Source of the DNA: Macrostomum lignano
Taxonomy: Eukaryota
Length of the DNA stretch: 64,000 nt
Assembly (NCBI GenBank): GCA_002269645.1
Contig: NIVC01003400.1
Coordinates: 35,702-99,701, forward strand
Direction: 5' to 3'
A model generated the notes under the pieces. That model had not been told where the DNA came from and ran no database searches. It saw only the letters and a program-made list of their open reading frames with translations. The translations under genes and the position numbers were made by a program. Positions 1 through 10,082 of this stretch are shown piece by piece (positions within the stretch are counted from its first letter, which is position 1; each line of letters begins with the position of its first letter).

Positions 1-649
1 AAGAGAAGAGGGGACAGAGGACAGGAAGAGGTGATAAAAGACAGGAAGAGAAGAGGGGACAGAGGACAGGAAGAGGTGATAAAAGACAGGAAGAGGGGAC
101 AGAGGACAGGAAGAGGTGATAAAAGACAGGAAGAGGGGACAGAGGACAGGAAGAGGTGATAAAAGACAGGAAGAGGGGACAGAGGACAGGAAGAGGTGAT
201 AAAAGACAGGAAGAGGGGACAGAGGACAGGAAGAGGTGATAAAAGACAGGAAGAGGGGACAGAGGACAGGAAGAGGTGATAAAAGACAGGAAGAGGGGAC
301 AGAGGACAGGAAGAGGTGATAAAAGACAGGAAGAGGGGACAGAGGACAGGAAGAGGTGATAAAAGACAGGAAGAGGGGACAGAGGACAGGAAGAGGTGAT
401 AAAAGACAGGAAGAGGGGACAGAGGACAGGAAGAGGTGATAAAAGACAGGAAGAGGGGACAGAGGACAGGAAGAGGTGATAAAAGACAGGAAGAGGGGAC
501 AGAGGACAGGAAGAGGTGATAAAAGACAGGAAGAGGGGACAGAGGACAGGAAGAGGTGATAAAAGACAGGAAGAGGGGACAGAGGACAGGAAGAGGTGAT
601 AAAAGACAGGAAGAGGGGACAGAGGACAGGAAGAGGTGATAAAAGACAG
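1..649. repeat. Purine-rich minisatellite, 40-bp unit (dimer of a 20-bp monomer), runs off window start
   Basis: Unit agaggacaggaagaggtgataaaagacaggaagaggggac repeats essentially perfectly from 61 to ~640. Same monomer family as 1521-1872. Confidence 0.97.
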
Positions 650-698
650 CAATTAAGTAGAGAAAACTCAAAATCAACATTTTAGTTTCTTAGACTTT

Positions 699-738
699 TG
701 CCAATGCATTTCGACCACAATCGGTCATCTTCAGGGCA
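699..738 (-). ncRNA. Minimal type I hammerhead ribozyme of PLE type
   Basis: Minus strand reads ugcc CUGAAGA u gacc gauugu gguc GAAA ugca UU ggca. Stem I ugcc/ggca, core CUGANGA, one extra nt, stem II gacc/gguc, GAAA, palindromic stem III ugca. Predicted cleavage between 703 and 702. Confidence 0.8.
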
Positions 739-883
739 GACACGTCAATTAATCACGCAGAACCATGTTATAGATATTTATTTAGGAAATGAAAACTGTA
801 CAATGCCAAGTGCAAATCAATTTCGGTCCAGTCCGGTTAACAAGAGAAAAAAAACCTGAATAAAGTTCGACGAGACTGCCAAC

Positions 884-1520
884 CTAGCTAAAACACATTG
901 AGCTGGCGGCTTGCACCCCCATGGTTAACTGGCTGTTCAAAATTGGTTTCTGAGCCTTAATGTACATAGCCTCGAGAATGTTAAATTTGTTTTCTTTGCT
1001 ACAAGAATCGATCACTTTAAACATATCACAACAGCTCTTATTGCAGCAGGAGTTGCACGTGAGAAGGTGCTCATTGATGGCAGAATTTCTAATCCAATGT
1101 TCCTTAACCCTTGTGTACAAGTGTCGCTTGGTTTTACCAATGTAGGAGATGTTCTGATCCACAGAACAATGAAATTTATAGACGACACCTGCAACAAGTG
1201 GTCCAGGAACACGGGACTTCAACCTGCAGACAAACTGAGCAATCTTTTCCGTACGGAACAAAACCCGGAGCTGGAAATCAATGTGACTTCTAAATAAATT
1301 TTCCACTTTCTTCCCAAACTCCATGGAGCAGAGGCCTAAATAAGGCACCACAATAACGGGACTACGATCATTACTGAGATCATTCTTCTTGAGTATGATT
1401 TTGACCAGAAAACTTCTTGCAGAGAAACCTATTAATGATGCCGGAAATATGGCCACGAGGGTATCCATTCATCATGAACAGCCGAGTAAGCTGCTCCAGC
1501 TCATCATGAAAAAGCTTCCA
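884..1520 (-). pseudogene. Frameshifted PLE pol remnant (linker + GIY-YIG)
   Basis: The linker frame (ORF 1380..1967) stops at 1380. The GIY-YIG frame (ORF 884..1468) continues in a shifted frame near aagaagaatgat (~1375-1390). Confidence 0.8.
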
Positions 1521-1872
1521 GACAAAAGACAGGAAGAAGTGACAGAAGATAGGAAGAGGGGACAGAAGACAGGAAGGAGCGACAGAAGACGGAAGAGGTG
1601 ACAGAAGACAGGAAGAGGTGACAGAAGACAGGAAGAGGCGACAGAAGACAGGAAGAGGTGACAGAAGACAGGAAGAGGGGACAGAAGACAGGAAGAGGGG
1701 ACAGAAGACAGGAAGAGGTGACAGAAGACAGGAAGAGGTGACAAAAGACAGGAAGAGGTGACAGAAGACAGGAAGAGGTGACAAAAGACAGGAAAAGGTG
1801 ACAGAAGACAGGAAGAGGTGACAGAAGACAGGAAGGAGCGACAAAAGACAGGAACTGAAGCGACAGAAGACA
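1521..1872. repeat. 20-bp minisatellite (gacagaagacaggaagaggt), heterogeneous
   Basis: About 17 imperfect 20-bp units, same monomer family as 1-649. Confidence 0.95.
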
Positions 1873-1928
1873 GTGATGGCAAACAAAGAAGGAATGGTTA
1901 TTGGGTCGGTTATCATAAAAGCACTCAC

Positions 1929-2672
1929 TCTCCCAGGCACAGCTGGCACTGTCTCCATGTGAGCCACATCTGCCGATAATCTGTCTGGTTGAGCAGGCTG
2001 GGTGCATTGTTGTGCGCGACCACCTCAGGATCCAGAGTTGATCGCAGAATGCAGCGCGAGTTTCCGAAGGCACCAATAGTTGCCTCATAGTCAACCTATT
2101 AGGGGTAATGGACAGCTCATTCATTAACAACTTGGAAAAGTAAACTTGCATTAGCATCTAAATTTAACAACTCTTAAAAAAATAAAATTATTCCCACTAA
2201 AAAATAAATACTTTTATACATATTTAGTGTTATATTTATATGTTGAATTAAGGCCCTACCATTTCCTGTGGTCCACAAAGAGAAATGACAGCATCTGAGA
2301 ATCCTTTCACATCAAATAGCACACCAACACTATGCTTCACTTCGGTTGAGCGGCATAGATAGTCTGGCGATTTCGATGCAATCACCTCTGAAATAAAAAA
2401 ATCAATTTAAACTGTCATGTATAGTTGCAACTGTAAATATAAAAGTAAAAAGTAAAATTACATCAAACAGTAAACTAAGAAGTCTTTGCCCCACTTCTAT
2501 TGATTTCTAATTAACAAACCTACCGATTTTTTAAATTTTGACTTTCTAAATTTGTATATTTTTACTGGCTAGCTAGGATGGGCTGTTTGCATTCTGGAAC
2601 TGATAATAGTTAGTAAAGAACATTGCACTTACCAATGTATTGAGAGACATTTCGAGAGGGTGAACAACCCAT
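1929..2672 (-). CDS. Farnesoic acid O-methyltransferase (Methyltransf_FA)-like domain protein with N-terminal MGCxxS motif. 5' three exons: 2672-2633, 2387-2260, 2095-1929; continues beyond window start
   Basis: Spliced read MGCSPSRNVSQYIE-VIASKSPDYLCRSTEVKHSVGVLFDVKGFSDAVISLCGPQEM-VDYEATIGAFGNSRCILRSTLDPEVVAHNNAPSLLNQTDYRQMWLTWRQCQLCLG. It matches the family pattern FxVk..DAxIxL..YExxIGxxGNxxxxxR..W. Donors gtaagt, gtaggg, gtgagt and acceptors tttcag, aatag are phase-compatible. Confidence 0.72.
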
Positions 2673-4888
2673 TCTGGGGCTTTAATATAAGCAAATACTT
2701 AGCTTTCTTAGCTTAACTTCACAGTAAATTAAAAAAAATTTTTTACTATTACAAATATAAATTAGAACAAGTTACAGACAGACGTGAGACAGTCAGTCAA
2801 TGGACAACTAAGTTGTTCAGATCAACAACAGCTTGCTTGGTACTGTATTAATTTTCCGAAAGTTTGTAAAATATTTTATGAACAAGCTCTACTTTATGTC
2901 TGTTTCACTTGTGCCACGAATATTAGGGTTAAAGAAAAACAGAATAATTAACGACTAAATAGTACGAACAGGACTTCTAAATCACAACGGGAGCACAAAG
3001 GTAAAAAAGAACTTCGACCGTTACTAATATACACACAAAAAACTCACAACAACAGCTCTTATGCTGTCAAAACAGTTCTGCAGGCATTTATCATTAAAAC
3101 TTTACTTCAAAAAGATCAAAGATTTTTTTTATCTTAGCAAGATTTGATTTACTACGCTAACATATTCAAAGTTTGATAAGCATGTTGTTTTCTACGAAAC
3201 AGTATAGATTAATGAGTGACGTGACGTCGGTGACGACCATGCAATCTTACTCTTAATCTTTGTCTTATGTAAGGCAGTAAGGGTTATGTCCAGGGGCAGT
3301 ACGTCTATGTATCAGTTTTAGTCCTTATACTCCTAAAAATCTATTTTAATCATTGACTTTGAAGCATAAGTTAAATTTGGATAAAATTGAAATGAACTTA
3401 GCTTTTTAGTCTATTTTAGACTAAACTTAGTCTATTTTAGTGAGTTTTAAATTTGGTAATAGTCAATTTTGATAACAAAATTTGGCAATAACTAGTTTCG
3501 CAGTAGAATAAGTTAATATAAATATATTATAATAACAATCCTTAATTATTTTAATCTTATTTCTTTTATTACATTGGCTATAGTCAAGTCCCAGGGTCAG
3601 GATTGTATACTGCTGTATGCCAGAACAAAAACTGCTTCCATAGCTCATGTATGCCAATGGTATGCCAACAAACTTTTTATTGCATACAGAAATATGCCAA
3701 AATAAAAATACAAATTATGACCAATATTAATTAATAGCTTGCAAAATTTTAATATTTAAAAAATTAATATGTTTAAACTAGTATTTTTTTACTAAACTGT
3801 ATAGAAGTAGTTTATTTTTACTATTTTTGTTTTACTTTTAACTTCTTAGAAAAGTTAAATTGGGTTTTTAAATTTAGTTTGAATCTATTTTTTCATTAAG
3901 GGCTAGCTATTCCTTCTAATCAAAATTTAGCTATTGTAAATGTAACTATATGTACATGGAGACTACACCAAATGTAAACTTAAACATTTTGTATACTAAT
4001 TGTATAGATTGATGGGGACTCAGAACTTTTAGTCCCACTTACTGTCTTGACAATTTCTATATGCCAAGCTGTAGGCCTATGCCAAAAGGGCACACCAGGT
4101 CCCTCTATATATCAAGTTGTATGCAAATGGTGTACTATAAGTCCCTCTGTATGCTGGAATTTTCCGGCGTACATGTATACCATCCAGAGTCTGGCTATAG
4201 TCATAGATAGTAAAAGGCAATTATAAGTTAAAAGAATATTTGGCACTTGAATATAATAAAATTGTAGCATCAATATACAAATCAATGATAAACAAATATT
4301 ATAATATATTGTAAATTGAAATCTGCAAATGTTGCTGATTAGCATTTGTCTATTATATAACTAACTATACTTGTTAATACCATATACAAAAAGAAAGATC
4401 TTTAAATATCTCTCCCCTCTATGGCTACTTGTGTCCAGTGCAAGGTGTATTTTGTTATTGTTATTTTATAATATATCAAAAAACATTGTTGATTGACTTT
4501 ATACAAAGTATAGGTACAACATAAATTTCATAGATCCCATGCGTGTGACATACATTTACATCTGTTGCCTGGTTATAGTATTTTTAGTGCATTTAACTGC
4601 ATTAAGATAGCCCTAAGTTTGTATATAGCATTTGGAAAAAATATTTAGATGGGTGGGAAGATGTCAGAGTGTCAGATGGGAGGACATATTGTCATCAAGT
4701 AATCTAAATTGTTAGCTTATCACAATCCTATCAGTTGTGAAACCAGTTGCAGAAAGACAGATGCTTGCTGATAAGGGCCAAAATCATATAAAAATTCTGT
4801 ATGGCACAAGCCACTTCTGCAAAATTGATTGAACACCTGATCTGCATTCATTGCAACCTCTGGGTGGGTGTGCAACAGAGCCAGGATG

Positions 4889-5378
4889 ATAAGCAGCAAG
4901 GGTGCCAGCCAGAGCAGCAGGGGTGCCAGCCAGAGCAGCAGGGGTGCCAGCCAGGGCAGCAGGGGTGCCAGCCAGGGCAGCAGGGGTGCCAGCCAGAGCA
5001 GCAAGGGTGCCAGCCAGAGCAGCAGGGGTGCCAGCCAGAGCAGCAGGGGTGCCAGCCAGAGCAGCAGGGGTGCCAGCCAGGGCAGCAGGGGTGCCAGCCA
5101 GAGCAGCAAGGGTGCCAGCCAGAGCAGCAGGGGTGCCAGCCAGAGCAGCAGGGGTGCCAGCCAGAGCAGCAGGGGTGCCAGCCAGAGCAGCAGGGGTGCC
5201 AGCCAGAGCAGCAAGGGTGCCAGCCAGAGCAGCAAGGGTGCCAGCCAGAGCAGCAGGGGTGCCATTCAGAGCAGCAGGGTGCCAGCCAGAGCAGCAGGGA
5301 TGCCAGTCAGAGCAGCAAGGGTGCCAGCCAGAGCAGCAGGGGTGCCAGTTAGGACAGCAGCTCTGGCTGGCACCCTGA
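4889..5378. repeat. 21-bp GC-rich minisatellite (gagcagcaggggtgccagcca) ending in one inverted partial unit
   Basis: About 22 units. ctctggctggcaccctg at ~5361-5377 is the reverse complement of the unit. Confidence 0.95.
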
Positions 5379-6128
5379 AAAATTTCAAAAAGAAAAATTT
5401 CTGATCGAACAGTGCAAGTTCGAAGAAAATCGGTCCAGCCGTTCGGGAGAAAATCGATTGCGCACAAGCAAACATACAAATAACTCATTTTTAGTGTATG
5501 GAAATGAAAAAAACTTGAAAAACTAATGCACATGTTTCGGTGTACAGAAGAAATGACTTGCAGTTTTGGGTCACTCCATGAGAAGGTATGCTCTACCATA
5601 TCCCAGCCATAAAGTTTTTCGACAATTTCAGATAACTTCGACCGAGAGAATAGTAAAATTTATTTTGTGTGAAAGTTTTAGAAAATGTGTTTAACTCGAC
5701 ACGAGGATTTTTCACAGTAAATTTCAATTTAAATGACCAATTTAACACATTCGTTCCCGTTCATTCGACGTGTCTATCTTTAGAATTTGAATGGAAGCAA
5801 TGAGCAACTGACGTGGTGATTGATCAATGATCAGCACAATGTTTTGCCTGATTTGCTAGTTGCTTGATTGCAGAGTTTCACTGTTAGGCCTTTGCTGTCA
5901 GGATTGGCACGCTGTATCAACTTCCGTTTTGTTAGTTAACGCGCCTCGGTATTATTATCCTTCTCCCGCAACTGGTCCCTAGGTTTGGCCTGGAACACCA
6001 CCCACGCACAAATGATGACTTTGAATTGCGCGTGATTTTAAATCGGTTTCTTTAATCCGCTTCACAATTGTGTCTTAGTTGGTTGCTGAAACAAAATCTA
6101 AATTTTTCTTATCCTCTCCGGACTTCAT

Positions 6129-6248
6129 CCAATCAAGTGTTGTGTGGCGCATTCGTGTGTCTTCCGAGCACGAGCTCAGTCCGACAAAGTTATGATTTCG
6201 CAGCTATCCGGCCTATCCAATCAGCTTGCCGTTGAATTCTCTATAAAA
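6129..6248 (+). promoter_or_regulatory. Core promoter of the small secreted-peptide gene: two CCAAT boxes and a TATA box
   Basis: ccaat at 6129 and 6217, tataaaa at 6242-6248. A non-coding first exon ends at donor gtaagt 6327; branch-like ctactgac and acceptor tttcag at 6417. Confidence 0.6.
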
Positions 6249-6458
6249 ATGGCAGCACGGTAGTCGCCGACACAGACGCCAGTCTGAAACTGTTGAGAAT
6301 TGTCCTATTATCTAACGTGTCTTCTGGTAAGTGACTCTGTCTGCTGGCTGTTCAACGTATTCTAATAAGTGTTTTCAACTAGCTCCAAGTTTACAAACTT
6401 GCTACTGACCATTTCAGATTCTTCAATATCGAAAGCGCTCACAAAAAGAAGCCAAATC

Positions 6459-6854
6459 ATGCTGAAGATTCGCGCCGCTTTTGTTGTCCTCCTGCTGACT
6501 GCCTGCGTGCTGGCCGGGTTAGTTTTAGTTTGATTTTGTTTATCTAGCATGTATTTTGTGTTGCAGACACCTGACTATGCAGTGCAATAAGTTGCATTTC
6601 TCAATTGCAGCAATTCCGTGTCCGGCAGCGAGGTCTCTAACAATCGGATCTGCCGTCTGGTTGAGGCCATGGCTCGGGTGAGTCTCGGTGCCAGTCGGTT
6701 ACAAAAGATCCCATATTCGCGCATGAAACATGCAGATTTTCTTGAACTTTTCTTAAACTTGCAGGTTGCGGACTGCGACTCCGTGCCAGCTGGCATCGAC
6801 AATGTTTACCTGGGCAAGGCGCTGGAGAAACGCCGCGATCGATTCCGCGGCTGA
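6459..6854 (+). CDS. 71-aa secreted prepropeptide, neuropeptide-like. Exons 6459-6517, 6611-6677, 6765-6854
   Basis: MLKIRAAFVVLLLTACVLAGNSVSGSEVSNNRICRLVEAMARVADCDSVPAGIDNVYLGKALEKRRDRFRG*. Hydrophobic signal peptide, GT-AG introns (gttagt..ttgcag, gtgagt..ttgcag) in compatible phases, dibasic KR site and C-terminal Gly. Confidence 0.75.
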
Positions 6855-8910
6855 TGGAACGTCAACAGCTGATTTGACCACAAGACTTGTTTTGTTTCTT
6901 CAACATTCTGCCCAGGAACTGAACTGTTCTAAGAATCCCTTCTATCTCCCGACTAAGTCTGTGTATTTCGTTTTTTGAACTATCTATAACATCACACTTG
7001 AGTTTCTGGAGACTCGCTAGTGATTAGGAGAATGTTTTTTTGAACGATATCAACTTCGACGATAAAAGCACAGCTTGTGATAAACTGAAACTACAAATAT
7101 AATACACAATTATCGACTGGCTGAGTGAGTCTGTTGCTGACAGTTCTTCAACTGCCCGGTCGAAAGAGAGAGAGAGAGTTGTTAAATTGCAAACCATATA
7201 ATATCTTCCTGTTTGGTCTTGGTTTTTTTACTATGATTGTAAAATCCTTGGTTAGGATCTTGGTCTGATTGGACACTTGTCTTCTAGCTTGTTTGGCGTA
7301 TTCGATGCTTGTGGTCAAGCTCATTGAGCAATCTACAGTATAATAATTATTTTGACAATCTTAAAGCAATTATTTGTCTCCTGTCAAAAGCGCTCTCGCC
7401 TACACAAATAATCTACGAAGTAAGTTTAGTGTCTTTCAATCGCTATCGATGTGTAATCTTCTTAAGCAACACTTTCTTCAGTGCCTTTTAGCCAGTAGCA
7501 TTTCAAATCTTCGTCAGTTAAAACAAAAAATATGCTTGAGGTGTGTGAAAGAGGCTAATTTTAATGTTAACAGGAGCTTGCGATGGCACAGGCATTGAAC
7601 AACAGGGATTGACGTTAACTATTTCTGCTGAGAACTGCGTCTTGTTGGCGTTCTTGGCCGCATTCAATCCAGCGAAGGTTATCGCTTCAATTCTATCTAG
7701 GAGCGGCTGTAATCCCACAACTAAGCCCTGTGCCTTATCATGCAGCTGCGGCGGCAGCTGAACCCAAGCCTTGATCTCACTTCTATTGACTCAAAGCTTA
7801 TCTGCGTAAGCTAAGGAATTAATCGACTTATCATTCGAAAATTACTTTTTTCGAGTGAGAAAAAATGAGTTATTGCCTAGTTCAGTTGCATTTTTTACTA
7901 GACTCATTTCCATTTTTTTGCTGCACCAGTTCTTGTACAAGGATAGTGTTGCAACACCGCTACAGGATCTACAAGTTAGTACTTGAATGTGCCATGTATC
8001 GTTGCGTCTGCACACGGCTCTTCTATGGATCCTGCACTGCGCTTATGGTTGTCATGCTTTACGACCTAGCAAAGATATAAGACAACCGTTTTTACGATTG
8101 TAAACTTAAAAAGAAATGAGTTTCTCTTCAAGTTAATGCAGGTCTATTGGTGTAAGGCACTGAAATGGAACGTCATCCTATCTTCAGTTTTTTAATTCAA
8201 AATTCGTGCGGCTATTTATGGAAGTTTTTCAACCTACCAGACCAGACCTTAAGCTGACGAAGCTTTTGCTTCGGAAATTGCCTTCTTAATTCATTTGCTT
8301 TTTTGCCGAACTGCTAAAACATGAGAATTTTTGGTCAAAGAAACTTGAGCCTTCGGGGAATCGCAACTAATTTCCGTGCTAATTAGCACTGTCGAGTAGG
8401 ATCGGAGCTGTGTTGGAGCGAGTCTTAAAACCGCTTTGAGTTATTGTTGGCGCAGTATGGGGCGAGCAGAAATCCGTTTGATTCCGAGGTGGCTCCTTAA
8501 TTTCCTTCTTTTTTTACTGAGGCAAGTACTGGAATTTTAATCCTGGATTTCCACTGGTCCCTTGGGCATCGGCCTTATTATCCTCACATGATGAGATATG
8601 CATCGAGACGCGTTGGATTTATGCCAATTTCCTCCATCTTTTGCGAAGCAGATTAACCTCAGATTAGATCGATTTGGTCCGAGTCTGAATCCTTAGACCA
8701 TCTACATTCGATTTTGTGCTAGAAAAGTGAATTTATTCTATTTTTGTTGTTTTCCCTGAAAAAACTCAACTTTTATATGCTTTACAATGATGTAGAATAA
8801 ATGCTTATCACAATAGTGACCCTTCTAATTGGCAAAACTTCAAAACTCCACCAAATACAGATCAAATCACTGCAAGCAATTTCAGCCACCTGACCTATTC
8901 GCTCAGTAAA

Positions 8911-10082
8911 ATGTCGCTTGAAGCAATTCGCTACGCCAATGGCGAGCTGTCAATTATTGATCAATTGCTTTTGCCGCATCAGACAGTGTACATTCGTATC
9001 GCCAGCTGTGAGGAAGCCTGGTCAGCTATTAAAAGGATGCAGGTGCGTAATTTTGTTACATTGCGTCTTGACATTGAGAGCATACAGCTGCATCTAATCT
9101 CTGGATTTCTCAGGTTCGTGGCGCCCCAGCCATTGGCATTGTTGGCAGCTTAGCCATGGCTGTAGAGCTGAAATCGCCGGACACCCTGTCTCAGGTGGAC
9201 AGTTCGGCAAAATTGTCCGCCTGGTTAGGCGCCAAATGGGACCGACTGGTGTCGGCCCGTCCAACTGCCGTCAATCTGCAGGACAGCCGCGAACGGATGT
9301 TTCGCCTTCTATCCACCGACTGGTCAGCAATGGACGTAGCCGGTCAGCGTCTGGCCGCTGTGGAATGGCTGGAGTCGCAGCTGGAACAAGATGTCCGCTC
9401 CTGCCGAGCCATTGGAGAGGCTGGCGCCAATGCCCTACTACAAAGTGTCGAAGAGCGCGGCCTCGTACCGCCTGGTGGCCAAGTGAACGTGCTGACTCAC
9501 TGCAACACGGGCTCTTTAGCCACCGGAGGCTACGGCACCGCACTAGGCGTTGTGCGCAGCCTGCACAATCGAGGGCGCTTAGGCCGGATATTCTGCACAG
9601 AGACTCGACCCTACAACCAGGGCGCCAGGCTCACAGCCTACGAAATCGTTGCTGACGGGCTGCCGGGCACTCTAATCTGCGACAGCATGGTTGCCGCGGC
9701 CATGGCAAGCGGCCGAGTGCACGCTGTTGTCCTGGGTGCCGATCGGATCGTGTCCAACGGCGACACCGCGAACAAGATTGGCACCTATCAGATTGCCGTA
9801 CTGGCTCGTCATCATTCCATACCGTTCTTCGTGGCGGCGCCTCTTACTAGCATTGATTTTAGCATGCGCACCGGTTCCGAGATCGTCATCGAGGAGCGGC
9901 CGTCCGACGAGTTGGCCTGCGTTGCCGGCCAACGAATTGCTTGTCGCGGCATTGACATCTGGAATCCGGCGTTCGACGTTACTCCGGCCGAGCTAATCAC
10001 GGCCATAGTGACGGACACGGGCGTGGTGCCCCCAAATAATGTTGCAGCTCTGGCTAAGAAGCTGGGGGCCGAACAGGGCTGA
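8911..10082 (+). CDS. MRI1: Methylthioribose-1-phosphate isomerase, 366 aa. Exons 8911-9042, 9114-10082
   Basis: MSLEAIRY...IDQLLLP...MQ|[63 protein letters not shown]. One 71-nt GT-AG intron. Confidence 0.97.

Larger units (their letters stand above)
650..1520 (-). mobile_element. Penelope-like retroelement (PLE), 5'-truncated: RT thumb/linker, GIY-YIG endonuclease and 3' region with hammerhead
   Basis: Minus strand KLFHDELEQLTRLFMMNGYPRGHISGIINRF (thumb/linker), then VIVVPYLG...VYKFHC...SYIGKTKRHLYTRVKEH...NEHLLTC...LEAMYIKAQKPILNSQ (PLE GIY-YIG with Cys/His motif). Confidence 0.9.

Noticed and set aside
4720-5599. Long ORFs across the 21-bp array (QQGCQPE, LLWLAP etc.)
   Set aside because: Several frames on both strands are open merely because the 21-bp unit lacks stops. 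Unlike EATEP, I found no start exon or synonymous bias. The minus-strand segment 4730-4860 could be an exon, but I cannot link it to a gene.
8250-8285. ctgacga...gaaa hammerhead-like string
   Set aside because: The spacing puts extra nucleotides before GAAA and no stem I/III can be formed. The same holds for the string near 7500-7516.
7500-8700. Possible minus-strand gene divergent from MRI1
   Set aside because: There are short open stretches and some splice-like sites, but every frame is interrupted and I could not assemble a coherent model.
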